A DNA stretch of 64,000 nt. Source: Syntrophorhabdaceae bacterium (GTDB lineage: Bacteria; Desulfobacterota; Syntrophorhabdia; Syntrophorhabdales; Syntrophorhabdaceae). The stretch spans positions 3,872,001 through 3,936,000 of the forward strand of contig OY762209.1 in the NCBI GenBank assembly GCA_963665295.1, written 5' to 3'. Shown here in pieces: positions 11,110 to 21,283 of this stretch; position 1 is the first letter of the stretch, and every line of letters begins with the position of its first letter. Both the position numbers and the translations under genes were made by a program. The notes under the pieces were generated by a model. It was not told the DNA's origin and ran no database searches. It saw only the letters and a list, made by a program, of their open reading frames with translations.

Positions 11110-12824
11110 CATCTCAGGCGGACCAACTTCTCGAGAAGATCAGCATCCTCGATGTGGTGTCACAGTATGTCAAGCTGAGGAAAGCGGGCAAGGACTACCT
11201 TGGTTTATGTCCGTTTCATAAAGAGAAAACCCCATCATTTACCGTAAGTATTGAAAAGCAAATTTATTATTGCTTTGGGTGCCACGAGGGCGGGAATGCG
11301 GTCAACTTCGTGATGAAGTATGAAAATCTCAGCTTTCATGAGGCTATGGAGAGTCTCGGCGCCCAGTACGGGATCAAAATAGAACGGACAGGGGATTCAA
11401 GAAGGCCGCGCCAGCACGACGCCCTATTGAAACTTGCAGAATACTACCAGGGATGTTTGAAAAACACCTCTATGGCGAGCCAATACCTTTCACGCAGGGG
11501 CATCGGCGCTGATGCGGCAGACGAGTTCATGCTGGGCTATAGTGACCGCCAGAGATACAGCATAAAGGGTTTCCTGAAACGCGCGGGTATCCCGGACGAT
11601 GTGCTTCTCAGCACGGGCATCTTGCGGGTGAAAGACGGAGATATTTACGATATCTTCAGAGGCAGGATTGTAATCCCCATTTTTGACGTGAACAGGAAGG
11701 TTGTCGGCTTCGGCGCAAGGGCCATGGAGAAGGATGCAATTCCAAAGTACATCAACTCACCGGAATCTTCGGTATTTTCAAAACGGTTTTCCCTTTTCGG
11801 CATCGACAAAGCCCGCAAGCACATTACCGAGAAGAACGAAGTCTTTATCGTAGAAGGATACTTCGATCTCATAGCGCTTTACATGAATGGTGTGAAGAAC
11901 GTGGTCTCCACTCTCGGTACGTCCATAACCGAGGGGCAGCTTTCAAAATTGAGGAACTACACGGACAACATCACTCTCATGCTTGACGGTGATGAAGCAG
12001 GAGTGAAAAGCGCACTCCGGCTCATAGAGACCCTGTCGGAGATGGACATCAATGCCCATATGGTTGTCCTTCCCGACGGCCATGACCCCGACAGCTACAT
12101 CAGGAAAGAAGGGGCAGAGGGACTCAAGGCTATTATCGACGGGAAGAAGCCCATATTGGACTACTTTTTTGATTACTATATGGGGAAATGCAAGATGGGC
12201 AGTCTGGAAGGGAAGCTTGCCTTCATCAAGATCGTAATGCCCCACGTGGAGACCATTCGTAACGTGGTGAAAAAGAGGCTGTATATCCAGAGGCTGTCCG
12301 AACTTACGGGAGTTGAGGAACGGCATTTTCTGGACAATATGGATAATGGGAGGACACCGGACAGGGAGGCGGGAAAAAGAAAGAACCCGGCCCATATTAT
12401 AGAAAAGAGGGTAGTGGGAGCTTTGATCAATAACCCCGCCCTGATTCATATGTTTGAGGGAAAGGAGGTGATAAGGTACGTAAACGACGACGGCATTAGC
12501 GAAGTCTTGACGAAGATGTTTCAATGCTTTGAGGAAAGAAAACAGTTGGAGATCAACAGTTTTGTGAACCTGTTTGAAAAAACGGAATTGAAGGATTTCG
12601 TGGTTCAGACTGCTTTTGATATGGCCGAGTGCAATGAGATGGAGTCGAAGAGGATTCTATCGGATTATCTGAAGCATATTGAGATGAAGTGCATCAGAGA
12701 GGAGGCACGTAAAATCACAGAAAAACTGTCGGAAGCGGAGCGAAACGGCAACGATGATGAGGTGATGGAGCTTCTCCAGCAGAAGAGGCAGGTATTGGCA
12801 TTTATAAAATCAAATTTTATATAG
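11106..12824 (+). CDS. dnaG: DNA primase
   Basis: [15 protein letters not shown] zinc finger, KYINSPE, EGYFD, DGDEAG, DPD. Confidence 0.96.
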   Translation: MTSQADQLLEKISILDVVSQYVKLRKAGKDYLGLCPFHKEKTPSFTVSIEKQIYYCFGCHEGGNAVNFVMKYENLSFHEAMESLGAQYGIKIERTGDSRRPRQHDALLKLAEYYQGCLKNTSMASQYLSRRGIGADAADEFMLGYSDRQRYSIKGFLKRAGIPDDVLLSTGILRVKDGDIYDIFRGRIVIPIFDVNRKVVGFGARAMEKDAIPKYINSPESSVFSKRFSLFGIDKARKHITEKNEVFIVEGYFDLIALYMNGVKNVVSTLGTSITEGQLSKLRNYTDNITLMLDGDEAGVKSALRLIETLSEMDINAHMVVLPDGHDPDSYIRKEGAEGLKAIIDGKKPILDYFFDYYMGKCKMGSLEGKLAFIKIVMPHVETIRNVVKKRLYIQRLSELTGVEERHFLDNMDNGRTPDREAGKRKNPAHIIEKRVVGALINNPALIHMFEGKEVIRYVNDDGISEVLTKMFQCFEERKQLEINSFVNLFEKTELKDFVVQTAFDMAECNEMESKRILSDYLKHIEMKCIREEARKITEKLSEAERNGNDDEVMELLQQKRQVLAFIKSNFI

Positions 12825-12834
12825 CGGGGTAACC

Positions 12835-14382
12835 ATGCCTGAAAAAAGCAAAAGTTTTTTTTCTTATGAAGAGCGTTCGAAAAGCACAGACTTCTACAGC
12901 CTACTATCAAACAAAGACAAACCGGAGAGTGTATTCGACGGAATTGAAGTCTTTGACATGGAGACTGCCGATAGCGATCTCGGTCTCATAGCACCGGAAG
13001 AAGATCAGGGTGTTATGGAAGACACCCTTGAAGGAACGTCGGAAAATGATTTTACGAACCCCATCCGCCACTACATAAGGGAAATGGCCGGTATGGCAAT
13101 GCTCGCCAAGGAAGGCGAGAAAGAGATAGCCATCAAAATGGAATGCGCCAAAGAGGAGATCAAACAGATCATCCTTTCCTTTCCCGGGACCGCGAGAGAA
13201 TTGTTGAGCATCCTGCCGGCTCTCAAGGCATCGAAGATGAATATATACGACATTACATTGGAAGTCGATGAAGAGGAGTCCGAATCGGAGACGGAATTTC
13301 ACAGGGAAAGAGTGGTAGCCCTTCTGGAGAAGCTCAGGGATGTGTACGACAGATATCAGGGCAGTCCGGACCATGTGAAGGTTGAACGTTGGAGGGAAAT
13401 TCAGACCATCATTGTCGATATAAACCTCGGTAGGAAGATTATCGAAAGAATTGTCCAGCGGATGAAGAGGTATGTTGACAGAATAGAGGGCCTCGAAGAC
13501 GATCTCGGGAGGTACAGTGAAGGGAACGTGCGTGACAGGGATAAATACGTAACCTTGACGCGAAAGAGGCTCGATGCAGTCCAGACTGACATCGGCATGT
13601 CGGCTGAAGGCTTGAAGAGCTATCTGAGGAGGGTCGCGGAAGCGGAAGACGGCTGCGTGTCGGCCAAGAACGAGCTTGTAAAGGCAAACCTCCGCTTGGT
13701 GGTGAGCATTGCAAAAAGATACATGAACAGGGGACTTTCCCTGCTTGATCTTGTCCAGGAGGGCAACATCGGTTTGATGAAGGCAGTGGACAGATTCGAG
13801 TATAAGAGGGGCTACAAGTTCAGTACCTATGCAACGTGGTGGATAAGGCAGTCGATCACGAGGGCCATCGCCGATCAGGCAAGAACCATACGGATACCGG
13901 TGCACATGATAGAGACCATTAATAAGATAATCCGGGTATCGAGAGGCCTGGTCCAGGAGTTGGGCAGAGAGCCGAAGCCGGACGAAATAGCCGATAGGGT
14001 AGGATTCTCTCTCGACAAGGTTACAAAAGTCCTGAGAATCACCAAGGAGCCCGTGTCGCTGGAAACCCCTATCAGCGATGAGGACGATACCCATCTGTCC
14101 GATTTCATAGAAGACAGGAATACACCGAACCCCCAGGACCATGCGATATGCGGTGACCTTGCGGAACAACTCGAGAAGACTCTTGCCACCCTGACCCCTA
14201 GAGAGGAAAAGGTGGTGAGAATGAGGTTCGGCATCGGTGAGAAATACGATCATACGCTGGAAGAAGTGGGACAGGTTTTTGATGTGACAAGGGAGAGGGT
14301 GAGGCAGATAGAGGCCAAGGCATTAAGGAAACTGAAGCACCATACGAGGTCGAAGCGTCTGAGATATTTTGTCGAGACATAG
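12835..14382 (+). CDS. rpoD: RNA polymerase primary sigma factor
   Basis: [68 protein letters not shown]; follows dnaG. Confidence 0.93.
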   Translation: MPEKSKSFFSYEERSKSTDFYSLLSNKDKPESVFDGIEVFDMETADSDLGLIAPEEDQGVMEDTLEGTSENDFTNPIRHYIREMAGMAMLAKEGEKEIAIKMECAKEEIKQIILSFPGTARELLSILPALKASKMNIYDITLEVDEEESESETEFHRERVVALLEKLRDVYDRYQGSPDHVKVERWREIQTIIVDINLGRKIIERIVQRMKRYVDRIEGLEDDLGRYSEGNVRDRDKYVTLTRKRLDAVQTDIGMSAEGLKSYLRRVAEAEDGCVSAKNELVKANLRLVVSIAKRYMNRGLSLLDLVQEGNIGLMKAVDRFEYKRGYKFSTYATWWIRQSITRAIADQARTIRIPVHMIETINKIIRVSRGLVQELGREPKPDEIADRVGFSLDKVTKVLRITKEPVSLETPISDEDDTHLSDFIEDRNTPNPQDHAICGDLAEQLEKTLATLTPREEKVVRMRFGIGEKYDHTLEEVGQVFDVTRERVRQIEAKALRKLKHHTRSKRLRYFVET

Positions 14383-14411
14383 GGAGGGCTTGCCTCCCCT
14401 CCTTTTTATTT
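14382..14411 (+). terminator. Intrinsic terminator after rpoD
   Basis: GGGAGG-GCTTG-CCTCCC hairpin followed by a T-rich run. Confidence 0.55.
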
Positions 14412-14451
14412 GACAAAGTCTGACCGTTAAAATATAGTATACGGTATACAA
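14410..14451 (+). promoter_or_regulatory. Sigma70 promoter of the etf/fix operon with overlapping palindromic operator
   Basis: TTGACA (14410-15)-17 nt-TATAGT (14433-38); overlapping GTATAC-G-GTATAC. Confidence 0.6.
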
Positions 14452-14538
14452 CCATCATCGCCCATGGAAGGGATAATTTTGTGTTGACAGGACCTCAAAA
14501 ATGTTTTTAAAAAAAGGGCGAGCGAGGAGGTTATAAAC

Positions 14539-15312
14539 GTGAACATTCTGGTATTCATAAAGCAGGTAGCCGATACGGAGGCAAGGATCGTAATCTCGGG
14601 AGACAAAAAGTCCCTTGAGATAGAAAACAAGTACACCATGAACTTCTTCGATGAGTTTGCCGTGGAAGAGGCCATACGGATAAAGGAGAAGATAAAGGAG
14701 TCCCGGGTGACGGTATGCGCCCTGGGCGCCCATAAAGCGATAGAGGCCTTGAGGACCGCCATAGCCATGGGAGCGGACCAGGCCTTTCTTCTCGACAATG
14801 CCGGTCACCCCGACATGGACCCCCTGGCAACGGCAGAGATACTTGCCGCCTTTGCGAAGAAGGAGGGTTTCGATCTCATACTCTGCGGCAGGCAGGCTAT
14901 CGACGATGAAAACGCGGTCATAGGCCCCATGAGCGCCGAGCTTTTAGGCATCCCCCACGTGAGCGCGGTGACGAAGCTCGATATCGTGGACCGCAAGGCC
15001 CTCGTGGAACACGACGCCGAAGGCGGCAGGGAATCGATGGAGGTTACGCTCCCCGCCCTTCTTACCACCCAGAAAGGGCTCAATGAACCGAGGGTCCCCC
15101 TCATTACAGGTGTCATGAAGGCCATGAAGGCCCAGATCCCCGCAATAGACCCCAGGACCCTGGGCATAGAAGAAACCGACTCCCCCCTCTACGTCCTCTC
15201 CTACGATCACCCTCCCAAAAGACCACCCGTAAAGATCATGGAAGGGGAGACCACGGAGGAGAAGGTAAAGACCCTCATAGGCCTTCTCAAAGACGAAGCG
15301 CGGGTACTCTAA
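14539..15312 (+). CDS. fixA: Electron transfer flavoprotein beta subunit (EtfB/FixA)
   Basis: ILVFIKQVAD, MNFFDEFAVEEA, AMGAD, LILCGRQAID, LNEPR; GTG start after GAGGAGG. Confidence 0.9.
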   Translation: MNILVFIKQVADTEARIVISGDKKSLEIENKYTMNFFDEFAVEEAIRIKEKIKESRVTVCALGAHKAIEALRTAIAMGADQAFLLDNAGHPDMDPLATAEILAAFAKKEGFDLILCGRQAIDDENAVIGPMSAELLGIPHVSAVTKLDIVDRKALVEHDAEGGRESMEVTLPALLTTQKGLNEPRVPLITGVMKAMKAQIPAIDPRTLGIEETDSPLYVLSYDHPPKRPPVKIMEGETTEEKVKTLIGLLKDEARVL

Positions 15313-15322
15313 AGGTGAGACA

Positions 15323-16279
15323 ATGAAAGATATAGGTGTGTTCGTAGAAGTGAAGGACGGAGGCGTGCGCAAGGTCGCCCTCGAACTCCTTACAAAAGCA
15401 AATGAGATGGGATCGACCGTGGCCATCGCCCTGGGCCACGGGATGAAGGAGATCGCGGAAGAACTCAAGCCCTATGCGGACAAGGTTATTATCGTCGATA
15501 ACCCCGATCTTAAGGACTACCGGTGGGATACCTACACGGATGTCCTTCACCGGGTCATCACGAAATATGCCCCTGCCATGGTATTCGGCCCTTCCACCAC
15601 CACGGGCAAAGACCTCTTCCCGAGACTCGCCGCCCGGCTCAAGGCCCCCATCATCGCCGATGCGGTGGGCATCGCGTACGAAGGAGAAGACATAAAGGTG
15701 AAAAAGCCCCTCTTCGGGGGAAGGATCATATCGTGGATAGGGGTGAAAGGCGTTCCCCTCGTCACCTTCCGGCCAAACTCCTTCTCCATCGAAAAACGGG
15801 ATACCTCCGGTGAGGTCATAGAAGAGGACCTTTCCGTGGAAAAGGACTCGTCCCTCACCATTACCGCCTCCCATAAAGACACCGCCAAAAAGGTGGACCT
15901 CCAGGAGGCCGATTTCATCATCTGCGGCGGCAGAGGCATGAAGGGCCCCGAGCACTTCACCCTCCTCGAGGATATCGCCTCCTTCATGAACGGCAGGGTA
16001 GGCGCCTCCCGCGCGGTGGTGGACAACAAGTGGCGGGAGTACGACGATCAGATCGGGAAGAGCGGCAGGACCGTCTCCCCCAAGATCTACATAGGCTGCG
16101 GTGTCTCGGGCGCCCTCCACCATACTATGGGCATGGACACGTCGAAGACCATAATCGCCATAAACAAGGACCCCACAGCCCCCATATTCGAAACCGCCGA
16201 CTACGGCATCGTGGACGATCTCTTTACCGTACTCCCCCTCCTGAAAGAGGAACTGAAAAAAGCGAAGGAAGATGGATAA
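15323..16279 (+). CDS. fixB: Electron transfer flavoprotein alpha subunit (EtfA/FixB)
   Basis: GGRGM, VGASRAVVD, QIGKSGRTVSP, GVSGALHH, AINKDPTAPIF. Confidence 0.92.
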   Translation: MKDIGVFVEVKDGGVRKVALELLTKANEMGSTVAIALGHGMKEIAEELKPYADKVIIVDNPDLKDYRWDTYTDVLHRVITKYAPAMVFGPSTTTGKDLFPRLAARLKAPIIADAVGIAYEGEDIKVKKPLFGGRIISWIGVKGVPLVTFRPNSFSIEKRDTSGEVIEEDLSVEKDSSLTITASHKDTAKKVDLQEADFIICGGRGMKGPEHFTLLEDIASFMNGRVGASRAVVDNKWREYDDQIGKSGRTVSPKIYIGCGVSGALHHTMGMDTSKTIIAINKDPTAPIFETADYGIVDDLFTVLPLLKEELKKAKEDG

Positions 16280-17540
16280 GATCGATGCGGTAATCGTGGG
16301 AGGAGGGCTCTCGGGCCTCTCCCTCGCCTATAAGCTTGCGGAAAAGGATATGCAGGTCATCGTCCTCGAAAGGGGCGATTTCCCCGGGAGCAAGAACGTG
16401 ACCGGGGGCAGGCTCTACCTCATGCCTGCAAAGGACCTCATGGGGGACATGCTCGAAGGGGCTCCCTTCGAGAGAAAGGTGGTCCGTGAAAGGTGGAGCC
16501 TCTTCGGCGAATCCAACTCCCTCTCCGTGGACCTCACTTCGGAACGCTTCCGGGAAGACCACAGCTTCACCGTACTCCGCGCCACCCTCGACAGATGGCT
16601 CTCTGAAAAGCTCATGGAGAAGGGGGTGTTCGTCATCCCCAAGTACAGGGTAGACGACCTCCTCTTCGAGGATAACAAGATTACCGGGGTAAGGATAGGC
16701 TCGGAGGAGATATACGCCCACGTGACGGTGGCCGCCGACGGCGTCCTCTCCTTCATGGCGGAGAAGGCGGGCCTCAAGCAGAAGTCCCTCCCTAGGAACT
16801 ACGCGGTAGGCATCAAAGAGGTGATAGAGCTTCCCGAGGAGAAGATCAACGATCGGTTCAACGTCGAACCCGGTGAGGGTTCGGCCCATCTCTTCCTGGG
16901 AGAGGTGACTCAGGGCATGTTCGGGGGCGGTTTTCTCTATACCAACAAAAAGAGCATAAGCCTCGGCCTCGTAGTGGGCATCGAGGCCCTCCTCTCGCGC
17001 AGGATAGAGGTCCATACCCTGATGGACGCCTTCAAGGAGAGAAGTGAGATAAGGCCCCTCGTGAAGGACGGGACCCTTGCGGAATACTCGGCCCACGTGA
17101 TCCCCGAAGCAGGCTACTCAGGCATGGCAAAACTTGCAACCCACGGGATGCTCGTTACAGGGGACGCAGCGGGTTTTGCCCTCAATATGGGGGTAACGGT
17201 CCGGGGCATGGAGTTCGCCATAGCCTCGGGCATCCTCGCGGCGGAGACCATCATCCGCGCGAAGGAGTCGAAGGACTATTCTGCCGAATCCCTCTCCTTC
17301 TATGAAAAAAGGTTGAAAGAGACCTTTGTGGTAAAGGACCTCTATTCTTCCAGGAAGGTACCTTCCTTCCTGGAAAACGACGCCTTCTTCTCCTATTACC
17401 CGAAGACCTTCCCCGAGCTCCTGGAGAAGATCATGTGGTTCGGCAAGGGTCCTAAGGACCCCCTCTGGAAGACCCTTAAATCTTCAGGCCTCTTCAGTCT
17501 GAAAAGGCTCAAAGACTTCTACAGGATAAAGGACATATGA
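16272..17540 (+). CDS. fixC: FixC-like ETF:quinone oxidoreductase flavoprotein
   Basis: VGGGLSG, ERGDFPGSKNVTGGRLY, GGGFLYTN, EYSAHVIPE, GDAAG. Confidence 0.92.
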   Translation: MDKIDAVIVGGGLSGLSLAYKLAEKDMQVIVLERGDFPGSKNVTGGRLYLMPAKDLMGDMLEGAPFERKVVRERWSLFGESNSLSVDLTSERFREDHSFTVLRATLDRWLSEKLMEKGVFVIPKYRVDDLLFEDNKITGVRIGSEEIYAHVTVAADGVLSFMAEKAGLKQKSLPRNYAVGIKEVIELPEEKINDRFNVEPGEGSAHLFLGEVTQGMFGGGFLYTNKKSISLGLVVGIEALLSRRIEVHTLMDAFKERSEIRPLVKDGTLAEYSAHVIPEAGYSGMAKLATHGMLVTGDAAGFALNMGVTVRGMEFAIASGILAAETIIRAKESKDYSAESLSFYEKRLKETFVVKDLYSSRKVPSFLENDAFFSYYPKTFPELLEKIMWFGKGPKDPLWKTLKSSGLFSLKRLKDFYRIKDI

Positions 17541-17815
17541 AGATCGAAGAAAAACTGGCCCTCGACGCCTTCAGGACCGGCAAGGAGAGCCACATAAAGA
17601 TCAACCATCCCATCTGCCGCACCAGATGCACGCTCCGTCCCTGCCTCTTTGTCTGTCCCGCCCACCTTTACTCCTACAACGAGGAGACGGATGAGATGGT
17701 GGTGGAATACGCAGGCTGCCTCGAATGCGGCACCTGCCGGATCGCCTGCGTGGAAGGGGCCCTGGACTGGAGCTATCCTGGCCCGGGAGAGGGCGTCCAG
17801 TACCGCTTCGGCTGA
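17537..17815 (+). CDS. fixX: FixX ferredoxin-like protein
   Basis: CPAHLY, GCLECGTCRIAC, WSYP..GVQYRFG. Confidence 0.92.
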   Translation: MKIEEKLALDAFRTGKESHIKINHPICRTRCTLRPCLFVCPAHLYSYNEETDEMVVEYAGCLECGTCRIACVEGALDWSYPGPGEGVQYRFG

Positions 17816-17940
17816 TATGGGGCGGTCTTCTTCCGCAGTTCTTCGTTGCCTGCGCGGGATGTGTCCTCGACGTACTTCCCGTACGCCTGCGGGACATCCC
17901 ACTTGTCGCCTCTATCTGCAAAAGAATACCGCCCCATATC
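17814..17940. repeat. ~127-bp nested inverted-repeat element (REP/MITE-like)
   Basis: Terminal 13-bp IR GATATGGGGCGGT/ACCGCCCCATATC, inner GGGATGT/ACATCCC, apical CGTAC-TTCCC-GTACG. Confidence 0.55.
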
Positions 17941-18024
17941 GGACGGTGTCCTGGGGTGAGATTCCTTAAGAACTGCCTCCGTATCTTCCCGCAGACTTCC
18001 GCTTGTTGCCTGGGCCCTGGGCTA

Positions 18025-18058
18025 CAATACCCCCTCATGCATGCATGAGGGGGTATTG
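18025..18058. terminator. Perfect 34-bp palindrome between convergent fixX and HU genes (candidate bidirectional terminator)
   Basis: CAATACCCCCTCATGCATGCATGAGGGGGTATTG equals its own reverse complement. Confidence 0.55.
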
Positions 18059-18085
18059 AGAAGAATGACTTATTAAGATGGATAT

Positions 18086-18355
18086 CTATATCGAATCTTT
18101 GAATGATTTCCCTGCGGTGAATTTTGGCACCTTGCGGGCAGGGATCTTTATTTCTTTACCGGTTCGCGGATTGCGGCCTTTCCGCTCCTTCCGTTTCGTG
18201 ACGGAGAATGAGCCGAATCCTACAAGGGTCACCCTGTCCTCCTGTTTCAAGGCCACTTTAACGCCGTCAAAAAAGGCATCGAGAGCTCTCGTCGCAGCAG
18301 CCTTGGAGATACTGGCGTCTCCCGCCATCTTGCCAATAAGTTCTGCTTTCGTCAT
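18086..18355 (-). CDS. hup: HU family DNA-binding protein
   Basis: MTKAELI, VGFGSF, RKGRNPRTG, IPARKVPKF; ATG at 18355 with GGGAGG upstream. Confidence 0.95.
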   Translation of the reverse strand: MTKAELIGKMAGDASISKAAATRALDAFFDGVKVALKQEDRVTLVGFGSFSVTKRKERKGRNPRTGKEIKIPARKVPKFTAGKSFKDSI

Positions 18356-18653
18356 ACGTAGGTCCCTCCCTTGGATTTGAAATATGGCAGTTTCAGGAAC
18401 AACTACCCCTTCAAATACGTTATAAACCTTGTAACGAGGAATATTCAATATGTTTTTGAAACTTTCTTCATTATTTTCAAGGTCCCCGAAGCCCGGCTCC
18501 GGTCGCGACGGACATAAGGTCCCGGGGGTTTCTGTTTTTGTGCGCACCGAGGGCCGAGCGGTTTGTCGCGCTGAGATTTTTCTTTTAATTTTTATTGTTT
18601 AGCTATAGAATGTTCACGGTATTGTATCTTTAGATGAAGTGGGAGGAGGAAAA

Positions 18654-20003
18654 GTGGAAGGATCGGATGTAACGAAGGAACAATTAATAGACAAAGCAAA
18701 AAAGCCCGCCCGGGATGCACTGAAAATGCATCCTTTCTATAAAGGAAAGATAGAGATTGTACCGAAGTGTGTTATACGGGACATAGGTGATTTTGCGATC
18801 TGGTATACACCGGGAGTCGCGGCGCCATGCATGGAGATCAACGATGACCCGGATAAGGCGTTTCAGTATACAAACAGGGCGAACATGGTGGGAATCGTAT
18901 CCGACGGAACGAGGGTCCTCGGGCTGGGCGATATCGGACCCCTTGGGGCCCTGCCTGTTATGGAAGGCAAAGCATTACTCTTCAAGTATCTTGGGGGCGT
19001 GGATGCCTTCCCCATTTGTCTTGACACCAAAGACCCGGATGATCTGATCAAGACCGTGAAATTCCTGACCCCCTCCTTCGGGGGCATTAACCTTGAGGAC
19101 ATCGAAAGCCCGAAATGCTTTTATATCCTCGATAGACTCAGGAAGGAGTCTACGATACCTGTGTGGCACGACGACCAACAGGGAACCGCGGCTGTCACCC
19201 TTGCCGGCCTCATTAATGCGCTTAAAATCGTGGAGAAGAAGATCCAGGATGCGAAGATCACCATGATCGGCGTGGGAGCGGCCAACGTCTGCATTACCAA
19301 AATGATCATCAAAGCCGGTGCGGACCCGAAGAAGTTCATTGTAGTCGACAGCAAGGGCATACTGAGCAGGAAAAGGGACGATATAAAGCCCACCCATAAG
19401 GAAAAGATGGAATTCTGCCGGATTACGAACGGTGAAAACAGGGACGGCGGTATCGAAGAGGCTATGAAGGGACAGGATGTGGTTATTGCCCTTTCCAAGC
19501 CTGGTCCCGATGTCATAAAGAAGGAATGGATATCGGGAATGGCGGATAATGCCATAGTTTTTGTGTGCGCAAACCCGATCCCCGAAATATGGCCCTGGGA
19601 GGCAAAAGAAGCAGGCGCGAGGGTAGTCGCCACGGGCCGGAGTGACTTCCCGAACCAGGTGAATAACTCCGTAGGCTTTCCTGCCATCTTCAGGGGGACC
19701 CTGGATGTAATGGCAAGGACGATTACGGACGAAATGTGTATCGCCGCGGCGTATGAGCTGGCAAAGTGTGCAGAAGACAAAGGTCTCCATGAGGATCACC
19801 TGCTTCCCACGATGGATGAGTGGGAGGTATTCCCCAGAGAGGCCGTCGCAGTTGCGAAAATGGCCATGGAGCAGGGGGTGGCCCGTCTGCGCCTGACTGA
19901 AAAGGAACTCTTTCAGATGGCCGAGAGCAAGATAAGAAGAGCCCGTGATGAGGTTTCCTTGCTCATGGAGAAGGGCATCATTGCCCCTTACGAAGAGACT
20001 TAG
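18654..20003 (+). CDS. NAD(P)-dependent malic enzyme (short type, no PTA domain)
   Basis: YTPGVA, VLGLGDIG, VMEGKA, INLEDI, HDDQQGTA, ANPIPEI, ATGRSDFPNQVNN; GTG 18654 after GGAGGAGG. Confidence 0.93.
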   Translation: MEGSDVTKEQLIDKAKKPARDALKMHPFYKGKIEIVPKCVIRDIGDFAIWYTPGVAAPCMEINDDPDKAFQYTNRANMVGIVSDGTRVLGLGDIGPLGALPVMEGKALLFKYLGGVDAFPICLDTKDPDDLIKTVKFLTPSFGGINLEDIESPKCFYILDRLRKESTIPVWHDDQQGTAAVTLAGLINALKIVEKKIQDAKITMIGVGAANVCITKMIIKAGADPKKFIVVDSKGILSRKRDDIKPTHKEKMEFCRITNGENRDGGIEEAMKGQDVVIALSKPGPDVIKKEWISGMADNAIVFVCANPIPEIWPWEAKEAGARVVATGRSDFPNQVNNSVGFPAIFRGTLDVMARTITDEMCIAAAYELAKCAEDKGLHEDHLLPTMDEWEVFPREAVAVAKMAMEQGVARLRLTEKELFQMAESKIRRARDEVSLLMEKGIIAPYEET

Positions 20004-20183
20004 CGGGAAAACAGGTTCTCAACATTCAGCGCAATACCCACAGCACAGGGCTCAAGAGACTACATTGTGACAGATATGCCTCTATTCGTAATTGACTATA
20101 TTTACGGCAACGATGTATATCAAACCGGCATAAAGGGTTACAAAAAATAAAGGCGTCACGTCCGAAAAAAACAAGGGGTTAAT

Positions 20184-21275
20184 ATGGGAGAAATCCGTGT
20201 CGGCATCGTAGGTGTGGGTAACTGTGCAAGTTCACTTGTCCAGGGCCTAAGCTATTATTCGAGAAAGGGAAATGACGCGATAGGGTTAATGCACTACGAG
20301 ATATGTGGATACAAACCGAAGGATATAAGGGTGGTTGCTGCATTTGATATAGACGAAAGGAAGGTGGGCAAACCGCTTGCCGAGGCCATATTCGCGCGGC
20401 CCAATTGCACCAAGGTCATCGAGAAAGACCTCCTGCCGTCGGACGTCGTTGTCTCCATGGGCCAGGTACTGGACGGAGTGTCGCCTCATATGAAGAATTA
20501 CCCCGATGACAGGACATTCCTTGTGTCCTCTCGGCAACCTGATGACGTGGTGAAGATACTCAAGGAGCAGCAGGTCGAGATATTGATAAATTATCTTCCC
20601 GTGGGATCGGAAGAAGCGACCCGGTTCTATGCCCGGTGTTGCCTTGAAAGCGGGGTCAGCCTTATTAACTGCATCCCGGTCTTTATCGGTTCCGACGACG
20701 CGTGGGCCGAACGGTTTCGGGAGAAGGGCATTCCCGTGGTAGGGGACGACGTAAAATCTCAGATAGGGGCAACCATCATTCACAGAACCCTGGCGAAGCT
20801 ATTTGAAGACCGGGGCGTCGCGATCGACCGGACTTACCAGTTGAACACAGGCGGAAATACGGATTTTCTCAATATGCTTAACCGGGAAAGGCTTGCGTCC
20901 AAGAAGATATCAAAAACAGAGGCAGTTCAATCGGCCCTCGATAGCCCGATGCTGCCGGATAATATCCATATCGGACCTTCAGACTATGTCCCGTGGCAAC
21001 AGGACAATAAGGTGTGCTTTATGAGGATTGAGGGAAGGATATTCGGTGATATCCCCATCAATCTGGAGATGAGGCTGTCGGTGGAAGATTCGCCGAATAG
21101 CGCGGGCTCCATGGTGGACGCCATCAGGTGTTGCAAAGTGGCAAGGGACCGGGGCGTAGGAGGAGTACTTCAATCCATCTCAGCCTATACGATGAAACAC
21201 CCCATAAAGCAGTTTCCCGACGAAGCCGCGAGAGAGATGGTTGAAGAATTCATCAGGGGAGAAAGGGAACGATAG
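20184..21275 (+). CDS. ino1: myo-inositol-1-phosphate synthase
   Basis: GVGNCASSLVQG, NYLPVGSE, GDDVKSQIGATI, GGNTDFLNM, EDSPNSAG. Confidence 0.95.
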   Translation: MGEIRVGIVGVGNCASSLVQGLSYYSRKGNDAIGLMHYEICGYKPKDIRVVAAFDIDERKVGKPLAEAIFARPNCTKVIEKDLLPSDVVVSMGQVLDGVSPHMKNYPDDRTFLVSSRQPDDVVKILKEQQVEILINYLPVGSEEATRFYARCCLESGVSLINCIPVFIGSDDAWAERFREKGIPVVGDDVKSQIGATIIHRTLAKLFEDRGVAIDRTYQLNTGGNTDFLNMLNRERLASKKISKTEAVQSALDSPMLPDNIHIGPSDYVPWQQDNKVCFMRIEGRIFGDIPINLEMRLSVEDSPNSAGSMVDAIRCCKVARDRGVGGVLQSISAYTMKHPIKQFPDEAAREMVEEFIRGERER

Positions 21276-21283
21276 GAATCTAA

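Noticed and set aside
9505..14253. Minus-strand ORFs of 377 aa and 448 aa
   Set aside because: Antisense to mutS2 and rpoD, which have unambiguous signatures
17601..18048. Several 100-145 aa ORFs over the fixX-HU gap
   Set aside because: They overlap fixX and GC-rich inverted repeats, with no RBS or protein-like pattern
18356..18547. N-terminal extension of HU in the ORF track
   Set aside because: The canonical MTKAELI start with RBS is at 18355; the extension is upstream non-coding DNA
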